DNA from: an uncultured delta proteobacterium
GTDB lineage: Bacteria > Desulfobacterota > Syntrophia > Syntrophales > Smithellaceae
Reading direction: 5' to 3'
DNA length: 64,000 bases
Assembly: GCA_963726395.1 (NCBI GenBank)
Contig: CAVSCG010000027.1
Location: 26,328-90,327 of the forward strand
Position 1 is the first letter of the stretch; the number at the start of each line of letters is the position of its first letter. The position numbers and the translations under genes were made by a program. Shown piece by piece: positions 29,826 to 38,448 of the stretch. Below the pieces are notes generated by a model. That model saw only the letters and a list, made by a program, of their open reading frames with translations, searched no databases and was not told the DNA's origin.

Positions 29826-32306
29826 TTATTCCACCTTATGTGGAAGGAACGAATCATATGATCTAATAAACTTACCATCTTTGAATAGACCGGTGTATTT
29901 TCTTCCATATGAAAATGTCATCATTCCCCAGCCATGAGGGAGACCATATTCCAGTTCACCGATGTATTTTCTCCCGTCAGTCAAGGTGAGCTCCCCGTTT
30001 CCATGATACTTGTTATCTTTGAACTCACCATTATATCTGTCGCCATTAGGATACGTCAGAACACCTTTTCCATTTTGTAAGCCGTTTTTAAACTCTCCAA
30101 CATATTTTGTTTTATTAGCCAGGATCAAAGTACCATTCCCTTCATACTTCCCTTCCCTAAACTTGCCCTCATATTTTTTCCCATCAGGATGGCTCTCGAC
30201 CCCTTCTCCATGGTATAAGTTATTCTTCCAAGTACCCTTATAGTTTCCGCCACCATGCATAGTGAGGACTCCCTTACCTTCCATCACATCTTCCTTCCAT
30301 TGACCAACATAAACAGAACCGTCCGCGAAGGTGAAGATGCCCGGTCCATTCCTTTCCCCCGAATTCCACTCACCTTTATACTCTCCACCATCAGGGAAGG
30401 TCATAACACCCTGCCCGTGGGGAAGATTATCCTCCAGTTCACCCTCATAACTTCGACCATTACCATAAGTCACGGACTCTTGTCCGTCAGAAATATCCAT
30501 CTTTGTTTCGGTAGATAAAGATTCCTGTTCTACTAATAATTTATCCTTTGCTTTTCCGTCTCCTTTTTCCTTGACCTCTGCCATCAAATGCTCTATTTCT
30601 TCCGCCTTGGTTCTGACCTCCATTTCTGCCTTGAGTCTGCCTGCCTCTGCCTCCCTGATCTTGGCTTCCGCCTGCACTCTGGCCTTCACTTCCGCTTCTA
30701 CCCGTGCCTTCAATTCCGCTGTAAATCGGACGGCCTCTTCCTCTCTGATTTTGGTTTCTGCTTCAGCACTCTCTTTCGTCTTCAGCTCGGCCACCAGCCG
30801 ATCTACTTCTTCCGCCTTGGTTCTGACCTCCATTTCTGCCTTGAGCCTGGCTGCCTCTTCCTCCCTGACCTTGGCTTGCGCCTCCACTCTGGCGTTCACT
30901 TCCGCTTCTACCCGTGCCTTCAATTCCGCTGCAAATCGGGCTGCCTCTTCCTCTCTGATTTTGGTTTCTGCTTCAGCACTTTCTTTCGTCTTCAGCTCGG
31001 CCACCAGCCGATCTACTTCTTCCGCCTTGGTTCTGACCTCCATCTCTGCCTTGAGTCTGGCTGCCTCTGCCTCCCTTAGCGGTGTCTCTGCTCCCGCCCT
31101 GGCATTCGTTTCTGCTTCTACCCGTGCCTTCAATTCCGCTGCAAATCGGGCTGCCTCTTCCTCTCTGATTTTGGTTTCTGCTTCAGCACTCTCTTTCGTC
31201 TTCAGCTCGGCCACCAGCCGATCTACTTCTTCCGCCTTGGTTCTGACCTCCATTTCTGCCTTGAGTCTGGCTGCCTCTTCCTCCCTGACCTTGGCTTGCG
31301 CCTCCACTCTGGCGTTCACTTCCGCTTCTACCCGTGCCTTCAATTCCGCTGCAAATCGGGCTGCCTCTTCCTCTCTGATTTTGGTTTCTGCTTCAGCACT
31401 TTCTTTCGTCTTCAGCTCGGCCACCAGCCGATCTACTTCTTCCGCCTTGGTTCTGACCTCCATCTCTGCCTTGAGTCTGGCTGCCTCTGCCTCCCTTAGC
31501 GGTGTCTCTGCTCCCGCCCTGGCATTCGTTTCTGCTTCTACCCGTGCCTTCAATTCCGCTGCAAATCGGGCTGCCTCTTCCTCTCTGATTTTGGTTTCTG
31601 CTTCAGCACTCTCTTTCGTCCTCAGCTCGGCCACCAGCCGATCTACTTCTTCCGCCTTGGTTCTGACCTCCATTTCTGCCTTGAGTCTGGCTGCCTCTTC
31701 CTCCCTGACCTTGGCTTGCGCCTCCACTCTGGCGTTCACTTCCGCTTCTACCCGTGCCTTCAATTCCGCTGCAAATCGGGCTGCCTCTTCCTCTCTGATT
31801 TTGGTTTCTGCTTCAGCACTTTCTTTCGTCTTCAGCTCGGCCACCAGCCGATCTACTTCTTCCGCCTTGGTTCTGACCTCCATCTCTGCCTTGAGTCTGG
31901 CTGCCTCTGCCTCCCTTAGAAGTGTCTCTGCTCCTGCCTTGGCCTTCGCTTCTGCTTCTTCACGCACCTTCAATTCCGCTGCAAATCGGGCTGCCTCTTT
32001 CTCTCTGATCGTTACTTCTGTGTCTCCCTTCTTCTTGGCCGTTGCTTCATCTTTTGCCTTTCTTTCAACCTGCTCCTTTATTTTAGACTCTTCTACCAGA
32101 TGGGTATCTACTTCAACCCTGACCTTGGCTCCTATTTCTTCTTGTGCCTTCAATTCGGCGACCTGCCGGCCGATCTCAGACGCCTTATCTATGGCTTCCA
32201 TCTCTGCCCTGAGTCTTGCTGCCAATCGGGTCTTTTCTTCCTTTGTCGCCGGCTTGTCTGCGTCTCCGTAGTCTCCGTATTCTCTGTAATCATTAAACCA
32301 CTTCAT
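29826..32306 (-). CDS. Repeat protein: about 560 aa of E/A/K/R-rich helical 70-aa repeats plus C-terminal MORN repeats (about 9)
   Basis: No signal peptide. Repeats such as EAARLKAEMEVRTKAEEVDRLVAELKTKESAEAETKIREEEAARFAAELKARVEAE. The C-terminus has YxGxWxxGxxxGxG MORN units (YEGELEDNLPHGQG, YKGEWNSGERNGPG, ...). Confidence 0.85.
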   Translation of the reverse strand: MKWFNDYREYGDYGDADKPATKEEKTRLAARLRAEMEAIDKASEIGRQVAELKAQEEIGAKVRVEVDTHLVEESKIKEQVERKAKDEATAKKKGDTEVTIREKEAARFAAELKVREEAEAKAKAGAETLLREAEAARLKAEMEVRTKAEEVDRLVAELKTKESAEAETKIREEEAARFAAELKARVEAEVNARVEAQAKVREEEAARLKAEMEVRTKAEEVDRLVAELRTKESAEAETKIREEEAARFAAELKARVEAETNARAGAETPLREAEAARLKAEMEVRTKAEEVDRLVAELKTKESAEAETKIREEEAARFAAELKARVEAEVNARVEAQAKVREEEAARLKAEMEVRTKAEEVDRLVAELKTKESAEAETKIREEEAARFAAELKARVEAETNARAGAETPLREAEAARLKAEMEVRTKAEEVDRLVAELKTKESAEAETKIREEEAARFAAELKARVEAEVNARVEAQAKVREEEAARLKAEMEVRTKAEEVDRLVAELKTKESAEAETKIREEEAVRFTAELKARVEAEVKARVQAEAKIREAEAGRLKAEMEVRTKAEEIEHLMAEVKEKGDGKAKDKLLVEQESLSTETKMDISDGQESVTYGNGRSYEGELEDNLPHGQGVMTFPDGGEYKGEWNSGERNGPGIFTFADGSVYVGQWKEDVMEGKGVLTMHGGGNYKGTWKNNLYHGEGVESHPDGKKYEGKFREGKYEGNGTLILANKTKYVGEFKNGLQNGKGVLTYPNGDRYNGEFKDNKYHGNGELTLTDGRKYIGELEYGLPHGWGMMTFSYGRKYTGLFKDGKFIRSYDSFLPHKVE
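30601..32070. repeat. Tandem coding repeat, 210-bp unit alternating in two variants (420-bp super-unit), about 7 units
   Basis: TCCGCCTTGG recurs at 30601, 30811, 31021, 31231, 31441, 31651 and 31861. 30841-31260 versus 31261-31680 differ at 2 of 420 positions by eye. Confidence 0.95.
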
Positions 32307-32337
32307 AAAAGTCCTCTTCTGATCAGTCCAAACTTTC

Positions 32338-33849
32338 TTAATTTCCCTTATGATTTTGCCAGAAAATTAAATCTACCTGTGGATCACTTTTCGGGGTGCC
32401 GGTCATTTCTACGAAATAGTTTTCCCAGGCATCGGCAATCCCCTCGAAGGTCAGAGCCGGCGGTTGGCAATAGTATCTGGACTGATCGATAATATGATCG
32501 ATCAAATCACGCGGATGGTTGGCGCTGGGCCGGATGCCGAGTTTTCTGTAGTAGTTGTCTATCAGGAAACGAAAAACCTCCTGATTAAAAATGACGCCTC
32601 TTGTTTCGCACACCTTCCTGAAAATGGCCTCGAATTCAACTTCTGAAGGATAGTCTATTTTCATTTTGTATCTAATTCTTCTCAAAAAGGCCTCATCCAC
32701 CAGTTCTCTCGGTTCCAGGTTTGTGGCAAAGACAATGAGTTGGTCAAAGGGGATCTCAAACTTCACCCCCGTATGTAAGGTCATGAAGTCGACGTGTCTC
32801 TCCAGCGGAACGATCCACCGGTTTAGGAGCATTTTGGGTTCTATGAGCTGCCTGCCGAAATCATCGATAATAAAGATACCGTTGTTGGCCTTCATCTGCA
32901 GAGGCGCGTTATAAAATTTTGACATGGGATTAAAATCTAAATCAAGCGTTTTCAGGGTCAGTTCCCCCCCGACGGTGACAACCGGCCGCTTTACAGACAC
33001 CCATCTTTTGTCTGTCTCGCCTTTCGTGACAGCATTGTGGGGATGGTGCGTGACTGGATCGTAGATGCTGATTAATTCTCCCCCGACATATATGGTATAG
33101 GGTATATAGATTGCTTGAGGAAAGACTCTGCCTATAGTTTCGGCGATGGAGGTCTTCCCGTTCCCCGAAGGGCCGTAAAGAAAAATGGCACGGCCTGAAA
33201 TCAACGCCGGGCCGAGACGTCTCAGGAATTGCGGGTTGATCACCAGAAATGAAAATGCCTGCACCATATCTTCATGCCGGATCTCTGCATTTTTGATGGA
33301 TTGCGAAATAGTTATTTTTCGATAATCACCGAGAGACACCGGTGCCGGTCCAACATAGTGGCAAACTTCAAGAAGCTTCTCGGCCTTGTTTTGACCTATC
33401 CCTGAAATGGCATATCTGTAGGAAGATCGGTTATAATCGGCTGCCCCTTTAACCTCGATCATTTTCTCCCGTTTCAGCCCCTCTAGGAGGGAGTCGGCGA
33501 TGCTTGTGGGAAGTTTTAAATTTTCTGCAATATCGGCCAGCTTGAATTCACCCAATAAGGCAATATGTTTCAGGGTCAGGTCGGTAAGAAAGGATGGCTC
33601 AAGGCCGGTTTCTTCGATGTTTTTCGGTGCAGGTGGGGCTTTATACATAAAATTTTTGAGCTGCTGTGCTGTGACATATCCCATTGAGATGAGGTTGTCG
33701 CCAACCCTTCCTCCGCTGCTTTTCTGCTTGTCCAAGGCTTCTTCAAGCTGTTGCGCCGTGATGATATTCTCCTGCAGCAGCTTTTCGCCAATCTTTGATT
33801 CCGGGGGAAAATCTGTTTTTCTCTCTAAATCTGTTTTTTTAATCGTCAT
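32338..33849 (-). CDS. AAA+ ATPase (MoxR/McrB-like core) with an N-terminal MshEN/T2SSE_N-like domain and a winged-helix-like linker
   Basis: N-terminal KIGEKLLQENIITAQQLEEALDKQ...RVGDNLISMGYVTAQQL. Walker A GPSGNGKT, Walker B IFIIDDFG, and VFATN...DEAFLRRI sensor region. Confidence 0.85.
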   Translation of the reverse strand: MTIKKTDLERKTDFPPESKIGEKLLQENIITAQQLEEALDKQKSSGGRVGDNLISMGYVTAQQLKNFMYKAPPAPKNIEETGLEPSFLTDLTLKHIALLGEFKLADIAENLKLPTSIADSLLEGLKREKMIEVKGAADYNRSSYRYAISGIGQNKAEKLLEVCHYVGPAPVSLGDYRKITISQSIKNAEIRHEDMVQAFSFLVINPQFLRRLGPALISGRAIFLYGPSGNGKTSIAETIGRVFPQAIYIPYTIYVGGELISIYDPVTHHPHNAVTKGETDKRWVSVKRPVVTVGGELTLKTLDLDFNPMSKFYNAPLQMKANNGIFIIDDFGRQLIEPKMLLNRWIVPLERHVDFMTLHTGVKFEIPFDQLIVFATNLEPRELVDEAFLRRIRYKMKIDYPSEVEFEAIFRKVCETRGVIFNQEVFRFLIDNYYRKLGIRPSANHPRDLIDHIIDQSRYYCQPPALTFEGIADAWENYFVEMTGTPKSDPQVDLIFWQNHKGN

Positions 33850-33950
33850 TGTCTTTTCTTTCGTGAGTTCCTAAATGATAGAAAGTGGCAATGGTTAGAA
33901 GAAAATTCAGGCAGGTGTATCTGGATCGCAGCCTCTGAATGTCATGCGAG

Positions 33951-34544
33951 TCAACCATTGATGACAGAAAGGACTCCCTCATATTCTGCTCCATCGAAAG
34001 GCGATACCGGAGCAGGGAGTAGAGCGTCAATTGTGAGCCTGAGTCGCTTTTTTTCAACCTCATCGACACCTCGGGCGCTAATCGCTAGTTGACCTGAGTC
34101 CATGCGTTCCACCCAGCCCTTGGCCTTTAGATACCACAGATGGAACTCAACCAACTCAATCGGTTTGCAGAGGAGGCGTGCCACTTCGTATTCACCTATT
34201 CCCGGGTTATTCATACTGCGCCGGCGCTGAATGTACAGAAGTGAAAGCAGACTCTCGCGAGTTTCCAAGTCTTCGCCGATCGCAGTCCCATCGCTTGCCT
34301 CTGACGCAAGCCTCCACTTATGGTTCCAATACTCCTGATATTTGACATCGTAACCTGCGCGATTCTCAGGGTTAGTGAGAGTCTGGTAAGCATTGAGAAT
34401 CAATTGGAATCGGTCATTGTCTGCTGATTGTGTGTTATCGGGGTGAAACTTCTTAGCAAGATGCCGAAAGACTCGCTCAATGGTATCGATATCGGCGTTC
34501 GAGCTCAGTTGCAACGCTTCATAGTAATCAATGAAGCCCATCAA
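33951..34544 (-). CDS. J-domain protein with a C-terminal winged-helix-like domain
   Basis: DYYEALQLSSNADIDTIERVFRHLAKKFHPDN (HPD motif). The C-terminal part has no Gly/Phe or zinc-finger region. The likely start is the ATG at 34541. Confidence 0.85.
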   Translation of the reverse strand: MMGFIDYYEALQLSSNADIDTIERVFRHLAKKFHPDNTQSADNDRFQLILNAYQTLTNPENRAGYDVKYQEYWNHKWRLASEASDGTAIGEDLETRESLLSLLYIQRRRSMNNPGIGEYEVARLLCKPIELVEFHLWYLKAKGWVERMDSGQLAISARGVDEVEKKRLRLTIDALLPAPVSPFDGAEYEGVLSVING

Positions 34545-35295
34545 TAAACCCCTTTTTTGTCGAGTCGTCGAAAATAAAATTTTATATTTTAAAACGTTTT
34601 ATCGGTGAAGCATAGCTTCCCCTTTGCAGCAACATACAGCAATTAATATGCCCGACACGAATCCATGCTAGACTTCAGACCCAATTCGATCGCTTTCTCT
34701 TTAATTATTAAATATTTAGCCTTTTAAAGACGCAGATTATGTGATGCCTTCCCCTCTTCTAATCGTCCGTGATTTTCACCATCCATCAGTAAATTTAAGC
34801 ACATCTGTCGTACTGCATGAACTGGATGAACCTTCCCCCCTTTTATGACCTCAACTTCCCATAATGGTAATTAGGAAGAAGTGCTCAAATGCGATCCTTA
34901 TGCGAGCCTCCTCATTCTAAGCAAGCTACCCAATTCCTCTAAAACCCGGTCGGAAAGATAGATTGCTTCTTCGCTTTGACCATACGCTAATCACAAGTAC
35001 CCTGACCACCAAAACTCGGCCCGAGGTAATATGAGTGCGCCACAATCCAGCTTGGTACGGCAAGACCGCAATGACAGTGTTGGAGAAACTGAAAAACATC
35101 GTTATCGTCTGTTTTAAAAAGAAACTTATCTTTGCAGGCGTGATTGGGTCGGGTCTTCCTTTGATGGTTATGCAGTAATGGGTGACGTTCTGTTTTCCTG
35201 TTGTTTGCCAGATCCTGATTGTGATACAGAAAGCTTCTTGACAAGCCAAAACGGCCCCCATATACTTCGGCATCTCAAAAGCAATGACTTAATCA

Positions 35296-36798
35296 ATGAA
35301 AGCATCGAATGGGGTATCTCAGGACGCTATGAATATGGAAACAATGCTTCAGAAAACAACCGAGCGCTATCCGGATAACCCGGCCATTATTTATGAAGGC
35401 AAACAAATATCGTATAAAGATCTGAACCAGTTCGTAGAGGCTCTTGCCCATCATCTGCAGGGGCTCGGCATTCGGAAAGGCGATAAAGTCGCCATCATGC
35501 TTTCCAACTGTCCGGAGTTCGTCATTTCCTATTTTGCCGCTTTAAGGCTTGGAGCCGTCGCCGTAACCTTGAATGTCATGTCAACGTCCTACGAACTTCA
35601 ACATCTCATTGAGAATAGTGATGCCAAAATATTTATCTGTGCGGACAATCTGGCAAAGAGATTCCAGGCTATCCAAGCGACGCTTCCCCTCTGCCAACAC
35701 CTGATCACGACCAATGGCTTGAAATCCGACTCACTTTTTGATGAAATCGTCCATAGTGGATTGGTGACTGTGGATGTCCCCGTGCTTCAGGGGAGTGATC
35801 CGGCTGTCATGATCTATACAGCGGGTCTTACGGGGAAACCCCTTGGCGCTGTTTTAACGTATAATAACCTCGCCACGCAGGCGGACCTCCTGCGCACCAT
35901 CTGCAATGGTACAAAGGACGATCGATCCCTGGCTGTTATCCCTCTCTTTCATTCCTTTGGCGCCGCTGTCAACATGCTGTGTCCCCTCTGTATAGGGGGA
36001 GCAATCGTGCTGATGGATCGTTTTACAATGGAAGGCATCTTTGCAACAATCCAAAAGGAACAGGTAACGTATCTTTCAGCCGTTCCACGTCTCTTCATGG
36101 GAATGCTGTTTCACGATAAGCTTAAAGAATACAATCTCAGCAGTTTACGTTTTGGCATCGCCGGCGGGTCTCCCATGCCGCCGGAACTATTTGCCGAGTT
36201 TGAAAAACATCTTGGCATTCAGGTGCTGGAAGGGTACGGACTGACGGAAACGTCTCCCTGCTGTATATTCACGATGCCCGATAAAGTGCAGAAACCCGGG
36301 TCTATAGGAACAGTCCTGCCGGGAGTTGAGGCGAAAGTTCTCGACGATGCCGGTTGTGAAGTGGCGGCAGGAGTGATTGGAGAGTTAACCGTCCGCGGCA
36401 ATGTCGTCATGCAGGGTTACTACAAGGATGAAGCGGCGACATCTGAAGTCATACGCAACGGCTGGCTGCACACTGGCGATCTGGCCTATATGGATGAGGA
36501 GGGCTACGTTTTCCTGGTTGGTATAAAGAAACGCATGATTATTACCAGCGGTTTTAACGTCTATCCCAAAGAGGTGGAATTAATCCTGGATATGCATCCC
36601 GGAGTTATCGCATCAAAAGTCGTCGGTGAGAAAGACCTCATGCGGGGAGAGATTGTCAAAGCCATCATCGTGAAAAAGCCCGGCGACGAGACAGACGAAA
36701 AGGAAATTATGCAGTATTGCCGGCTTTACCTGTCCGTCTATAAGGTTCCCAGAGAGGTTGTATTTGTTGCAACGCTAGATGAAGGGGGAGAATTATAA
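35296..36798 (+). CDS. AMP-dependent acyl-CoA synthetase/ligase
   Basis: IYTAGLTGKPLGAVLT (AMP-binding motif variant), GYGLTETS and TGDLAYMDEEGY motifs. The real start may be an internal Met (35329-35344). Confidence 0.85.
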   Translation: MKASNGVSQDAMNMETMLQKTTERYPDNPAIIYEGKQISYKDLNQFVEALAHHLQGLGIRKGDKVAIMLSNCPEFVISYFAALRLGAVAVTLNVMSTSYELQHLIENSDAKIFICADNLAKRFQAIQATLPLCQHLITTNGLKSDSLFDEIVHSGLVTVDVPVLQGSDPAVMIYTAGLTGKPLGAVLTYNNLATQADLLRTICNGTKDDRSLAVIPLFHSFGAAVNMLCPLCIGGAIVLMDRFTMEGIFATIQKEQVTYLSAVPRLFMGMLFHDKLKEYNLSSLRFGIAGGSPMPPELFAEFEKHLGIQVLEGYGLTETSPCCIFTMPDKVQKPGSIGTVLPGVEAKVLDDAGCEVAAGVIGELTVRGNVVMQGYYKDEAATSEVIRNGWLHTGDLAYMDEEGYVFLVGIKKRMIITSGFNVYPKEVELILDMHPGVIASKVVGEKDLMRGEIVKAIIVKKPGDETDEKEIMQYCRLYLSVYKVPREVVFVATLDEGGEL

Positions 36799-37568
36799 TG
36801 AGCAAGTTCATTGACCTTTCAGTGGCAATTGAAAGCGGGCTGCCGAGCGACCCGCCGATGATGATACCCAAGATCACCTATATAGACCATGCACTTGGGG
36901 CGGAAAGCATGAAGGTCTTTTATCCGGGACTGACGGCCGGCGACCTGCCGGGCGGGCTCGGTTGGGCGGTCGAGATCATGGAGATCTCGACACATGCAGG
37001 CACGCATATGGATGCACCCTGGCACTTTCACCCCACACAGGATCAAGGGAAGCCGGCTCTGACCATCGATAAGTTCCCGCTTGAGTGGGGTGTGGGCAGT
37101 GGCGTCAAACTTGACTTTTCCGATTTTCCCGACGGCTACAATATCACGATTGAGGACATAAAAACAAAACTTGATAAAATTGGTCATACACTCAGTGAAG
37201 GAGATGTATTTCTGGCGCAAAGCGGAGCGGCGCCTTACTGGGGAACACCTGAATATCTTGTGAAAGGCTGCGGGTTCAGCCGGGAATCAACGCTCTGGAT
37301 TCTTGACCAAGGTGTGCATGTGGTCGGGACGGACGGCTGGAGCTGGGACAGGCCGCTTTCTTTCCAGGCTCAAGAATTTGTTCAGACAAAAAATGCTGCA
37401 ATTATCTGGGAAGGCCATTATGCAGGTATTGAAAAGGGTTATTTCCAGATTGAAAAGCTCACAAATTTAGACCTGCTGCCGTCATCGGGTTTCAAATTCT
37501 ACTGCTTCCCGGTTAAAATTAAGGGGGCAAGTGCAGGGTGGATAAGGGCAGTGGCCGAGATTGTGTAA
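36798..37568 (+). CDS. Cyclase-family protein (kynurenine formamidase-like fold)
   Basis: HAGTHMDAPWHF motif. The start overlaps the upstream stop (TAATG). Confidence 0.75.
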   Translation: MSKFIDLSVAIESGLPSDPPMMIPKITYIDHALGAESMKVFYPGLTAGDLPGGLGWAVEIMEISTHAGTHMDAPWHFHPTQDQGKPALTIDKFPLEWGVGSGVKLDFSDFPDGYNITIEDIKTKLDKIGHTLSEGDVFLAQSGAAPYWGTPEYLVKGCGFSRESTLWILDQGVHVVGTDGWSWDRPLSFQAQEFVQTKNAAIIWEGHYAGIEKGYFQIEKLTNLDLLPSSGFKFYCFPVKIKGASAGWIRAVAEIV

Positions 37569-37659
37569 GTAGTGACGGGTGTGTTTAATCTTTATAACGT
37601 TTTGGATAAATATTTTAATCGCAATAACATGCGGATTGAATTCCGCGAAGGAGGTTACT

Positions 37660-38326
37660 ATGGAGTTAGCTGCCGCAGTCAGAGGAAGAAGAAGTATTCG
37701 TAAATTTAAACCGCAGGATGTGCCCGAAAAGTATCATTACGGAGATTTTGGAGACGGCGCGCTGGTCGCCGTCCTGGGGAAATACGCAGCCCTGGACTTT
37801 ATATGTGTTAACCGGTGAACCGCTGGCGGAGTTCAAAAAAATGAATCTCCGGCAGACGCTGACCGGCGCGGCAATTGCCTCCGATGTTCCCATGCTGGAG
37901 AAATGGCCTGATGCCATGAAAGCGCGGTATGGCGAGTTGGGTAAAGTTGTTTTAAGTGTGCAGGACATCAAAAGAGATGATAAGGAAGGTCGCGAAAAAT
38001 ACTATAAGGATATGGTTTCCGTCTTTGACGCCCCGTGCCTCATTCTGGCCTGTATTTCCCGTGATAATCTCGTCGAATACCAGATGTTGGACGTCGGCCT
38101 TATCGCCCAGACAATCTGTCTGGCTGCTCACGACAAGGGCTTGGGTACCTGTCTGCTGGCGGCAGCCGCACGGTATCCCGCCGAGATTAGAAAGATAGCA
38201 GCCATTCCCGATGATAAAAAAATTGTTGTGGGGATCGCTCTGGGCTATCCTGATCCTTTGGTTCCTCTTAATAATTTTGAACGCAGCAGAGCGAAGCTCG
38301 ATGAGATTGTCTATTGGATAGAATAG
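37660..38326 (+). pseudogene. Nitroreductase-family protein, one frame break near 37722
   Basis: MELAAAVRGRRSIRKFKPQDVP (frame 1, GAAGGAGG RBS) continues as KSIITEILETARWSPSWGNTQPW (ORF 37718..38326). Confidence 0.75.
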
Positions 38327-38448
38327 ACGGTAGATTCATGGAATGCGAGGAATGGAAGAGGGTGGAGAAGATTTAATAAACATCCTCTCAATTCATACCG
38401 AAGGTAAAACCAAGATAGAAAAGTTATGGGAAAGCCGCATTCCAGCCT

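Noticed and set aside
30601-32070. Regularly spaced repeats that might be taken for a CRISPR array
   Set aside because: The units are 210 bp and contiguous with no unique spacers. They lie in an open reading frame, lack a palindromic 25-40-bp repeat core, and no cas genes are present.
30571-32271. 566-aa Ser/Ala/Leu-rich + strand ORF and the identical 67-aa ORFs at 31296 and 31716
   Set aside because: They mirror the E/A/K/R-rich repeat gene on the minus strand (GAA/GCC/AAG codons read backwards). Their periodicity is inherited from the repeat. The minus-strand frame continues into unmistakable MORN repeats and has an RBS.
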